In this document: positions 47,006-55,365 of the stretch, piece by piece
Layout of the letters: every line of letters begins with the position of its first letter
How positions within the stretch are numbered: position 1 is the first letter of the stretch
Sequence record: ON568341.1
Origin: Escherichia phage UE-S1
Reading direction: 5' to 3' (one strand)
Length of the DNA: 64,000 bases
Notes under the pieces: model-generated
Seen by the model: only the letters and a program-made list of their open reading frames with translations
Databases searched by the model: none
Told to the model about the DNA's origin: nothing
Program-made: the position numbers and the translations under genes

Positions 47006-47414
47006 AATTTCAAAATTTAATGAAACTTTAAAGTACTTTGCTGAACACGAAATCAGTACTGAAAGACGCGGTTTAATTTCATACAATCCACATCGTGTTC
47101 TGTACACTAATAATTTTCAGGGTACAGTTCGTATTAAATTTCGTAATGCACTCGAAGACAATGATGAATTGTTAATTTTACTACGAAAAAGTAAGATTGA
47201 ATTAACATACGTAACTCACGATATTGAAAGTGAGTTGATGTGGCACACGCTGTCAAAAAAAGAAGGTTCATTGCCAGTTGTTGATAATGGCCCTGAAACA
47301 CTTGATCAGTACATGTTCATTGATGATACATTTGGCATTGACTATTCTGCGTATCAATGTATACTAGCTATATACGAAAAATATTACGACCGTCTACGTG
47401 ACAGATTAATTTAA
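46992..47414 (+). CDS. hypothetical protein, paralogue 2 of 2
   Basis: C-terminal DQYMFIDDTFGIDYSAYQCILAIYEKY. Confidence 0.5.
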   Translation: MDVTKISKFNETLKYFAEHEISTERRGLISYNPHRVLYTNNFQGTVRIKFRNALEDNDELLILLRKSKIELTYVTHDIESELMWHTLSKKEGSLPVVDNGPETLDQYMFIDDTFGIDYSAYQCILAIYEKYYDRLRDRLI

Positions 47415-47425
47415 TTGGAGGCATT

Positions 47426-47548
47426 GTGATTACAGTATTAGAAGAGGATTGGGGTGTTTCAGAGCAAGGAACTGACGAATATGAATACCCAGAATATAAG
47501 ACTAAAGGCTTTTGGGAACGTTTTCGTGATTGGTTGATGGGGGAATAA
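47426..47548 (+). CDS. candidate small ORF (40 aa)
   Basis: Not on track; GTG start 5 nt after GGAGG; stop directly precedes CCA-enzyme ATG. Confidence 0.3.
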   Translation: MITVLEEDWGVSEQGTDEYEYPEYKTKGFWERFRDWLMGE

Positions 47549-47549
47549 T

Positions 47550-48662
47550 ATGAAAAAGTATTTGGTTGGCGGTTACGTCCGTGACCGTTTAATGGGTCTT
47601 CGTGCAAAAGACAAAGATTATGTCATTGTTGGTGCATCCGAATCTGATCTTAAGTACTTGCAAAGTATTGGCTATAAGCAAGTAGGTAAGGATTTCCCAG
47701 TATATCTAAGTCCAGAAGGTAATGAACACGCATTAGCCCGTACTGAGCGTAAAACTGGTACTGGATATGGTGGATTTGAAGTGGATACAAAAGGCGTAAC
47801 ACTAGAACAAGATTTGTATCGCCGTGACCTTACAATAAACAGTATCGCGTATGATCCAGTACTGCAAATTCACATCGACCCATACGGTGGAAAAGCTGAT
47901 ATCAAGAATAAAGTTCTACGCCATGTATCCGAACACTTCAAAGAAGATCCATTGCGTGTATTACGCCTGTGTCGCTTTGCAACGCGTTATTCTGATTTCT
48001 CTATACACGAGACTACTGAAGCACTTGTCATCGATATGGTAGCGTCTGGTGAGCTAAATCATCTTGTTCCAGACCGTGTTTTTGTGGAATTTGAAAAAGC
48101 ACTGTCGGAAGAAAAGCCAGCTAAGTTCCTTAAGACTCTAAGTCATTTTGGTTATTACGAAAATGTGTTTAAAACACCATTGACCAAAAAGAATTTGGAT
48201 CTCATTGATTATATTTCAGATAACTGTACTGATGTATATAAACCATATTTTCTGTGGTCTATTCTTCTAGAAAATGAAGAAGTAAATAATGACTCAGAAA
48301 TTAACGGTGCTATTAAAGTTCCTGTTAAATATGTCAAATTTAGTAATTACATCAAACTTTTCCGTGATGATATCAAAACATTCCGTAAAAAGACCCCAAA
48401 TGAAATGGGACAGTTATTACTGGATATGAATATTAAAAATAATGGAGGTGAAGAATTCCTTTATAAAGTGTTGGAATACTTCATTTTGCGAAAAGAAATT
48501 GATTTAGAACTTGAAGATCTAATTATTAAAGTTTATGATCGTTATACTGATGTTGAATTACCTGATATTCAGCAAATGGTTAAAGATGGTGAACTTGAAA
48601 CGTCAGAAATTCGTGATTTTGTTTGTGAACTCCGATGTGAAGCAATCAAGAAACTATTCTAA
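47550..48662 (+). CDS. tRNA nucleotidyltransferase (CCA-adding enzyme)
   Basis: N-terminal GGYVRDRLMG and KDKDYV match the Pol-beta head domain of CCA-adding enzymes / poly(A) polymerases. Confidence 0.7.
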   Translation: MKKYLVGGYVRDRLMGLRAKDKDYVIVGASESDLKYLQSIGYKQVGKDFPVYLSPEGNEHALARTERKTGTGYGGFEVDTKGVTLEQDLYRRDLTINSIAYDPVLQIHIDPYGGKADIKNKVLRHVSEHFKEDPLRVLRLCRFATRYSDFSIHETTEALVIDMVASGELNHLVPDRVFVEFEKALSEEKPAKFLKTLSHFGYYENVFKTPLTKKNLDLIDYISDNCTDVYKPYFLWSILLENEEVNNDSEINGAIKVPVKYVKFSNYIKLFRDDIKTFRKKTPNEMGQLLLDMNIKNNGGEEFLYKVLEYFILRKEIDLELEDLIIKVYDRYTDVELPDIQQMVKDGELETSEIRDFVCELRCEAIKKLF

Positions 48663-48770
48663 AAAACAGTGGGACAGAATACCAATAACTGATATAATTA
48701 TTAGTATCTGAACATCGATTGATGAAAAAGAGATAAGATATGCGTTATAGTTGTGGTATAATATTTTATC

Positions 48771-49172
48771 GTGATGGTCAGATACTTATCGGACATACAA
48801 CACGGACAGAAACATTGGGATTTACCTAAAGGGAAAGCAGAGGGTGAAGAAACATTCAAAGAAGCTGCTGTGCGTGAATGTTTTGAAGAGACAGGATACG
48901 AAATCGATGAAGATGATCTTCTGTTTCTTGGTGATGTATCCTATAGAAAGGGAAAAAGGTTGGTTCTTTTCTTTTATACTGCTAAAGACAAGCCTGTACC
49001 AGATGAATTAGTATGTAAAAGTACATATACTAATAGATATGGTAAGAGTCATCCAGAATTGGATAAGTTCATGTACATTGATGTGCGAGAATGTCAAAAG
49101 TATTTGACTGAACGAATGTGTAACAGTATAATAAAAGCGGTTAAAGCTTTTCAAAGAAATAAAAGGAAATAA
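48771..49172 (+). CDS. Nudix hydrolase (N-terminal strand encoded in a different frame; possible frameshift)
   Basis: Canonical Nudix box GKAEGEETFKEAAVRECFEETGYEI; a 29-codon ORF at 48740-48829 in another frame encodes MRYSCGIIFYRDGQILIGHTTRT, the expected Nudix N-terminal strand. Confidence 0.55.
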   Translation: MMVRYLSDIQHGQKHWDLPKGKAEGEETFKEAAVRECFEETGYEIDEDDLLFLGDVSYRKGKRLVLFFYTAKDKPVPDELVCKSTYTNRYGKSHPELDKFMYIDVRECQKYLTERMCNSIIKAVKAFQRNKRK

Positions 49173-49173
49173 T

Positions 49174-49422
49174 ATGAAAGTTAAAATTTATGGTCGCACG
49201 ACTGGTTGTAAATTTTGCGATACTGCAAAAGCTGTATGTGAGCAAAATAAATTTGACATGGAATTTGTAGATATTGTTACTGAAGGTATTGATGGTGCAA
49301 AGCTATCAGAAATTTGTGGTGAGCCAGTACGTCAGGTTCCTCAAATTTTTGTAAATGACATTTATGTACCTGGGGGTTGTACTGGATTTATTGAAGGACT
49401 TAAAGAAGGTCGTTGGAAATAA
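49174..49422 (+). CDS. nrdC: glutaredoxin/thioredoxin (NrdC-like)
   Basis: KIYGRTTGCKFCDTAK CxxC active site; overall resemblance to T4 NrdC (KVYG..C.YCDNAK .. PQ.F). Confidence 0.65.
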   Translation: MKVKIYGRTTGCKFCDTAKAVCEQNKFDMEFVDIVTEGIDGAKLSEICGEPVRQVPQIFVNDIYVPGGCTGFIEGLKEGRWK

Positions 49423-49664
49423 TGGATATTGAAAAAGTATCATCTCGTGCAAAACAACTAGCTGACACGTTGGGAGTAGAGTTCAAAATTCCTGATATCA
49501 CCATCGCTAAAGAAAAAGCACAGAATAAAATTAATAAGATGAAAGAATATCTATCTAAACAGGAGCAATATGATTCTGCTGTAGAATTTATTATGAAATC
49601 ATTTAGTAAAGATGATATTTTGGCATTCATCAAATATGTGAAGGTTTCTGGTAACCCTAAATAA
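49422..49664 (+). CDS. hypothetical protein
   Basis: Start overlaps upstream stop (TAATG). Confidence 0.45.
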   Translation: MDIEKVSSRAKQLADTLGVEFKIPDITIAKEKAQNKINKMKEYLSKQEQYDSAVEFIMKSFSKDDILAFIKYVKVSGNPK

Positions 49665-49694
49665 CAATGAAGAACAAAAGTTCTTCTTAACAAT

Positions 49695-49949
49695 TTGGGA
49701 GATACTATTATGCTCAGTTTTCGTGAACAATTAGCAAAAGGTCAAATTAAGACTCAAGCTCAAACTAATATTCCTAAAAAATCTGCATTTTTGGGAACAA
49801 TTACGGAAGATGGATATTGTGACTATGATGCACCAGAAGATTCATGGTATATTACAAAAGACACAAAACGTAGTAATAGACTTCACAAAAGTACAATAGC
49901 TAGAAAGCATCGAAAAGAATTGAAAAAAATTCGTTTCGGTGAAGAATAA
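49695..49949 (+). CDS. small basic protein
   Basis: GGGAGA RBS; terminator follows. Confidence 0.45.
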   Translation: MGDTIMLSFREQLAKGQIKTQAQTNIPKKSAFLGTITEDGYCDYDAPEDSWYITKDTKRSNRLHKSTIARKHRKELKKIRFGEE

Positions 49950-49963
49950 TAAAATATAAATTA

Positions 49964-49993
49964 AGGACTCTGTGTTTGGAGTCCTTTCTTTTC
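49964..49993 (+). terminator. intrinsic terminator
   Basis: AGGACTC / GAGTCCT stem then T-rich run. Confidence 0.7.
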
Positions 49994-50003
49994 GGAGAAC
50001 ATA

Positions 50004-50480
50004 ATGATACATGAGCACCGAGGTAATCTGTTTGAATTGTTCAGTACTGTAACCGATGATGAAACTGCATTGCATATTATTGCACATGGTTGCAACGCCC
50101 AAGGTAAAATGGGTTCTGGTTTTGCAAAAGAACTAAGAAATCGTTACCCAATGGCATATGATGATTATAAAGCATATGAAAAGGAAATGGGATTTCTAAG
50201 AACTGGAAAAATTGCATATTCTTCGGTAAGTGATGATTTACTTATTGCAAACTGTATTACCCAACAATTCTACGGGAATGATGGTAAAAAATATGTAAGT
50301 TATGATGCAATTGATGATATTTTCAAAGAGATAAATTACTTATGTAATATTGAACGTAGTGTTTATGTACACTTTCCGAAAATTGGAGCCGATTTGGGTG
50401 GTGGTAACTGGAACGTTATCAAAGAAATTATTGATCACAGACTGGTCAATGCAGAAAAACACTTATATATTCTAAAATAA
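50004..50480 (+). CDS. macro-domain protein (ADP-ribose binding/processing)
   Basis: HGCNAQGKMGSGFAKEL and HFPKIGADLGGGNW resemble macro-domain Gly-rich loops. Confidence 0.6.
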   Translation: MIHEHRGNLFELFSTVTDDETALHIIAHGCNAQGKMGSGFAKELRNRYPMAYDDYKAYEKEMGFLRTGKIAYSSVSDDLLIANCITQQFYGNDGKKYVSYDAIDDIFKEINYLCNIERSVYVHFPKIGADLGGGNWNVIKEIIDHRLVNAEKHLYILK

Positions 50481-50491
50481 TCAAAAAGGAC

Positions 50492-50809
50492 TTGACAAAA
50501 ATGACTATGACCGTTAAACTACTAAACATCAATAACATTGGCCCAGTACTAGCTGTTCTTCAAACTGATTCTGCTGAAGCAGTGGTAGTTAACTACCCAG
50601 CACAATTAGGTACTGATGAAAATGGTGAAATCATTCTTCGTGATTATCTAGAGTTTGTTAGTATGGAGAAAAATGTTATTTTTTATAAATCCAACATTAT
50701 TAGTGTTAGTGATGCAAACCCTGCATTAGTTGATGCTTATGTTGATGCTATTAAAGCAATCGAAGACACTCCAAAAGTTTTTGTTCCTGAGAATAAAATT
50801 ATTCTATAA
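50492..50809 (+). CDS. hypothetical protein
   Basis: ORF in array. Confidence 0.5.
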   Translation: MTKMTMTVKLLNINNIGPVLAVLQTDSAEAVVVNYPAQLGTDENGEIILRDYLEFVSMEKNVIFYKSNIISVSDANPALVDAYVDAIKAIEDTPKVFVPENKIIL

Positions 50810-50823
50810 TAGAGGTATATAAA

Positions 50824-51201
50824 ATGGCTGTTAATGACGTTAAAGTAAAAACTATTCAAGCTATCGTAGTACTGAAAGATTCAACTCCATCTCCAAAAGA
50901 ATTGGTAATGGCTGGGATGACAATGCTTCATCAATACAATCCTGAATCACCAAATTATGTTCAAGAATACGAAGCAAAGCAGTTTAAAGAACATTGGCAG
51001 TCATGGATTAAAGATAATGAAATGGAGCAAGTTGTTTATGCTGCTGATGACATTTTCGAATTAGAACAAATTGAATATCTAGCAGGTCAACAATCTGTGC
51101 CGTTGAGTATCTTCGGTAATGGTGAAGAAGTCTTAGTTCTAGGACCATTCACTGCCGATGTAATTACACACTTACTAAGTAATTGTGAAAAAATTGGCTA
51201 A
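50824..51201 (+). CDS. hypothetical protein
   Basis: ORF in array. Confidence 0.5.
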   Translation: MAVNDVKVKTIQAIVVLKDSTPSPKELVMAGMTMLHQYNPESPNYVQEYEAKQFKEHWQSWIKDNEMEQVVYAADDIFELEQIEYLAGQQSVPLSIFGNGEEVLVLGPFTADVITHLLSNCEKIG

Positions 51202-51412
51202 ATGCTTAAAATTATCAGGATACCGAAACAATACATTGATGTTAAATAATATAAAGTATTGGGTTGATCCATACTTTAATAATTCATTGTTAATGTACAG
51301 AGATAAAAGTCGAGATTTATACGGAATATATGTTACACAGTTAATATATGCTATAGATTCAGAACATTTTACTCCGTTGGTATACCTGTACTGTTTGTAT
51401 AATTCAGAATAA
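51185..51412 (+). CDS. small hypothetical protein
   Basis: ORF overlapping upstream stop. Confidence 0.35.
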   Translation: MKKLAKCLKLSGYRNNTLMLNNIKYWVDPYFNNSLLMYRDKSRDLYGIYVTQLIYAIDSEHFTPLVYLYCLYNSE

Positions 51413-51417
51413 GTATT

Positions 51418-51465
51418 AGCACCTCTAAATAATGTATATATAAACATTAATGAGGTGCTTTTTTA
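51418..51465 (+). terminator. long-loop hairpin with T-run
   Basis: AGCACCTC / GAGGTGCT stem, 26-nt AT-rich loop, T6 running into the next ATG. Confidence 0.4.
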
Positions 51466-52256
51466 TGTCTTACAATTATATGGGTGGAAATCCAGATGCT
51501 CCTAACTTTGATCATCGTGAAAAACTGAAAGATGTTATCACTCAAATGTTGGGAGCAGGTGCAGTTGAGGTAGAAATTACTGATGGTCAATTAGAAATTG
51601 CAATTGATAATGCTGTATCAAATTACAGAGCGTGGAGTTCTGCTTCTAAAGAAGAAGCTTTTTTAAATATGAAATTTTATGATTCACAATCTGTATATAT
51701 GCTCCCAACTGAAGTTGAAATAGTTAAAAAGATTTACCGCTATGGTAATGGTTATTTAAGTTCTGGGTCAGGTAACAGCGTAGACCCATTCTCATTGGCA
51801 TTCACGAATACATATCTATTGACGTCGGCTAGGAATGCAGGTGGATATGATCTAACAACTTATGATTTCAGCTTTCAATTTCAAGAATTGGTTGGTCGTA
51901 TGTTTGGACGTGAAATTATATTCCAATTTAACCCAATGACTAAGAAACTTATTATTGATCGTGATATTCGCGGTACAGAAGAAGTATTACTACATGTGTA
52001 TCATAATATTCCAGAACCATTATTGTTCCAACGTCAGCAAAGCTACCCGTGGCTTCGTGATTGGGCATTGTCTGAAGCAATGATTATGCTTGGTCGTAAC
52101 CGTGCTAAGTTTGCTAGTTTGCCTGGACCACAAGGGACATTTTCAATGGATGGTGATACATTAAGAAATGAAGGTATCCAATTACAAGAACAACTAAAAG
52201 AACAGTTGAAGCGATATAAAGATGGTGGAGAACCACTTGGAATGATTATCGGGTAA
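51465..52256 (+). CDS. hypothetical protein (possible virion/tail-associated)
   Basis: Track ORF 51450-52256 trimmed to MSYNYMGG Met; sits upstream of the tail module. Confidence 0.45.
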   Translation: MSYNYMGGNPDAPNFDHREKLKDVITQMLGAGAVEVEITDGQLEIAIDNAVSNYRAWSSASKEEAFLNMKFYDSQSVYMLPTEVEIVKKIYRYGNGYLSSGSGNSVDPFSLAFTNTYLLTSARNAGGYDLTTYDFSFQFQELVGRMFGREIIFQFNPMTKKLIIDRDIRGTEEVLLHVYHNIPEPLLFQRQQSYPWLRDWALSEAMIMLGRNRAKFASLPGPQGTFSMDGDTLRNEGIQLQEQLKEQLKRYKDGGEPLGMIIG

Positions 52257-52284
52257 ATTTTAAACATTAAAAAAAGAGTACTAT

Positions 52285-54279
52285 ATGAATAATGAAGAAT
52301 TGAAAAAACTTTTGTTGTCAAAACATATTAATTCATGGGTACATTTATACAAAGGGGACTCTCATGTGAGAGATCTCCTTTCTGTTTTTGGAATAGAACC
52401 AAAAACTGATTTCGAAATATATAAAATTCTATATATGTTCATGAATGATATAACAACAGTTCCAACTGCATATTGTGGAAAAAAAGCAAGATACAAAAAT
52501 TTTCAAAAAGGATTTTATAAATTTTGTGATGATTATGTAATTAATAAGAAAAATACGTGTAATGTATGCCATGAGATGTATTATAAAAATCGAACTAATA
52601 AAACAAAATCAACATTAATGAATATGTATGGTGTATCTAATGTATCCCAGATCCAAGAAGTAAAACAAAAGAAAGAAAAAACTAACATTGAACGTTATGG
52701 TGTCTCTACTAATTTACAGACAACAGAATCTAAAGAGAAAATCAAACAAACTAATATAGAGCGATATGGATGTGAATATCCAAATCAAAACCCTGAAATA
52801 TTCAATAAAGTAAAAGAAACAAATTTAAAAAAGTATGGTGTTGAATTCCAAAGTAAAAGAAATGAAGTAAAAGAGAAAGCCAAAAATACAAATATATTAA
52901 GATACGGAACTGAGTATTCTTTATCATCACCGACTATTCGCGAAAAAATCAATAAAACAAATCTTGAACGATATGGTGGAAACCCACTATCAAATAAAAT
53001 TATCCAAGATAAAATAAAAAACACCAACACATTGAAGTATAATTCATTTTATCCAATGAGCAATATGAGTATTCAGGAAAAAGTTCATAATACCAATGTG
53101 GAACGATATGGTGTAAAATACCCAGCCCAAAATAATTCTATCATTGAAAAAATGAAAGAAACCACAAAAAATAGATATGGTTCAGAACACTACTCACAAA
53201 CAGATGAGTATAAAGATAAAATATCACTTGCCCGTCTAGACGAAAGATATAATATAATTGTTGCAAATATTGATAAAAACTATATTCCATTATTTGAAAA
53301 TACCGATCTGATTATGAAAGTTAATACAGACGAATACCCATTTTGGTGTGAGTATTGTGATGATTTGTTTTATAGTAAGTATAAAAATCATAAAGTGAAA
53401 TGTAAGTGTCAGAAAAATAATGGTCATTCCTTGAAAGAGAAAGATTTAGTTGATTATATAAAATCATTAATACCAAATACCGAAATCATAGAAAATGACC
53501 GTTCAGTACTGAAACCTAAAGAGTTGGATGTGTATATCCCTGACCGAAATCTAGCTATTGAATTTAATGGTGTGTATTGGCATAATGATGAAAATGTCAA
53601 TTCTACTAAACACCAAGATAAGGTATTGGATTGTTTAAAACATGGGGTGAATCTTATTCACATTTATGAAGATGAATGGGATAACCCATTAACAAATAAA
53701 ATAATCAAGGAACGTTTAAAGAATAAACTTCTAGTGTCAAATAGAATTTATGCTAGAAAATGTACTGTTAGAAATATAGACAAACAAGTAAGTAATATGT
53801 TTACTAAATCACACCATATTCAAGGTGTTGCACAAGCAAGTATTCACATTGGACTTTACTATGGAAGTGAGTTGGTTGCAGTTATGACCTTTGGTAAATC
53901 AAGGTTTGATAAAAACTATGAATATGAATTAATCAGATACTGTTCATCCGGTACAGTTGTTGGTGGTGCATCAAAATTACTAAAATATTTTGAAACAGTA
54001 TATAATCCACAATCATTATTGACATATGCGGATATGGATTGGAGTAGTGGTGATCTTTATACAGTTCTAGGCTTTGAGTTTGATAGTTATACAGAACCAG
54101 GATATTTTTATTATGACCCACAAACACATGAGAGGATTTCACGTCAGAAATGTCAAAAACATAAATTGGTCAAGAAAGGTTATGATATTAACTTAACCGA
54201 GAGACAAATTTGCTGTGATGTGTTGGGATATTATAAGATTTACAACTCTGGTAATATAAAATACACAAAAAAATATTAA
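52285..54279 (+). CDS. free-standing homing-endonuclease-like protein with tandem peptide repeats and a Vsr/PD-(D/E)xK-like nuclease core
   Basis: Eight or nine tandem ~23-29-aa repeats with core TN(I/L/V)ERYG; nuclease-like block ELDVYIPDRNLAIEFNGVYWH; extra C-terminal domain (GGASKLL). Confidence 0.6.
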   Translation: MNNEELKKLLLSKHINSWVHLYKGDSHVRDLLSVFGIEPKTDFEIYKILYMFMNDITTVPTAYCGKKARYKNFQKGFYKFCDDYVINKKNTCNVCHEMYYKNRTNKTKSTLMNMYGVSNVSQIQEVKQKKEKTNIERYGVSTNLQTTESKEKIKQTNIERYGCEYPNQNPEIFNKVKETNLKKYGVEFQSKRNEVKEKAKNTNILRYGTEYSLSSPTIREKINKTNLERYGGNPLSNKIIQDKIKNTNTLKYNSFYPMSNMSIQEKVHNTNVERYGVKYPAQNNSIIEKMKETTKNRYGSEHYSQTDEYKDKISLARLDERYNIIVANIDKNYIPLFENTDLIMKVNTDEYPFWCEYCDDLFYSKYKNHKVKCKCQKNNGHSLKEKDLVDYIKSLIPNTEIIENDRSVLKPKELDVYIPDRNLAIEFNGVYWHNDENVNSTKHQDKVLDCLKHGVNLIHIYEDEWDNPLTNKIIKERLKNKLLVSNRIYARKCTVRNIDKQVSNMFTKSHHIQGVAQASIHIGLYYGSELVAVMTFGKSRFDKNYEYELIRYCSSGTVVGGASKLLKYFETVYNPQSLLTYADMDWSSGDLYTVLGFEFDSYTEPGYFYYDPQTHERISRQKCQKHKLVKKGYDINLTERQICCDVLGYYKIYNSGNIKYTKKY

Positions 54280-54286
54280 TAAAAAA

Positions 54287-54310
54287 GACTCCTATGTGGG
54301 GTCTTTTTTC
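54287..54310 (+). terminator. intrinsic terminator
   Basis: GACTCC / GGGGTC stem (one G-U) then T6; loop and 3' arm nearly identical to terminator at 42495. Confidence 0.6.
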
Positions 54311-54354
54311 TTTATCTGTGATATAATGATAATATTAATAGAAGAGAATATAAC

Positions 54355-54624
54355 ATGAATGATAATATAAATGTAATGTATAACAGATATCGTTGCGGGA
54401 AACCAACGCTTGATTATGAATCTACGGAAAAGTATTGGAAATTTATAAAAGATTCAATTGTTGATGTATTCGGTCGAGATCGTATAAATGCGTGGGCCAG
54501 TATATATCGTGATGAGCATGGAGAAACATTTTTCATTACTTATGTTTCTGTTTATAATAGTAACGAATCAATAGTTAAATTGCTTCAATGTTTGGTGGGG
54601 AAGGATTTTGTTGTATTGGAATAA
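54355..54624 (+). CDS. hypothetical protein
   Basis: ORF in array. Confidence 0.45.
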   Translation: MNDNINVMYNRYRCGKPTLDYESTEKYWKFIKDSIVDVFGRDRINAWASIYRDEHGETFFITYVSVYNSNESIVKLLQCLVGKDFVVLE

Positions 54625-54641
54625 TTTCATGGAGAAATATT

Positions 54642-55268
54642 ATGGAAAGACAAATAATCGCAATTAATGGAACAATAGGAAGTGGAAAAGATACTTTTGC
54701 AAAAACATTTATTGAAAATGGATATACAAAAATGTCATTTGCTACCAATTTAAAAGACTCAGTATCTTCTATTTTTGGGTGGGATCGTGAAATGCTTGAA
54801 GGAACGACTAAGGAAAGCCGCATGATTCGTGAAAAACCGGATAAGTACTGGTGTGAAAAATTGGGGCGTGATGATGTATCCCCTCGATGGGTATTACAAA
54901 ATTATGGTACTAATATACTACGTAAGTATTTTCATAATGATATTTGGGTATTCAGTTTAGAAAAATCTATGCAAGAAGTAAATGGAAATATCATCATCAC
55001 TGATTGTCGTTTTCCTAATGAATTAAAAATGATTAGATCTCAACATGGTACGATTATTGAAGTGCAACGTGTACTTCCACATTGGTATGGATTGGCTGCA
55101 TCTTATAATAAAGGAAATATTAAAATTAAACCAGTAGAACTTGAATCAGTACATGAATCAGAGTGGGCTTGGATTGGAATAAACAAACCTGATATAATTA
55201 TTCATAATAGCAGCACATTAGATGACTTACATCAAAAAGCAATGGCGATTATTTATTCTAATATGTAA
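54642..55268 (+). CDS. P-loop kinase, dNMP-kinase-like (T4 gp1-like)
   Basis: INGTIGSGKDTFAKTF P-loop resembles T4 dNMP kinase (LSGVKRSGKDTTADFI); start at ATG after GGAG. Confidence 0.55.
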   Translation: MERQIIAINGTIGSGKDTFAKTFIENGYTKMSFATNLKDSVSSIFGWDREMLEGTTKESRMIREKPDKYWCEKLGRDDVSPRWVLQNYGTNILRKYFHNDIWVFSLEKSMQEVNGNIIITDCRFPNELKMIRSQHGTIIEVQRVLPHWYGLAASYNKGNIKIKPVELESVHESEWAWIGINKPDIIIHNSSTLDDLHQKAMAIIYSNM

Positions 55269-55365
55269 AATATAAACAATAAAGACTTGTCATTTAGATC
55301 CTTCAATAAATAAGATTATACGAATATATAATTCGAACAACCAATTATTTTTGGAGGATTTTAAT

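Noticed and set aside
55300-55365. Exact T4-late TATAAATA promoter upstream of the sheath gene
   Set aside because: Only near matches (AATAAATA, ATATATAA) are present; not reported as a promoter
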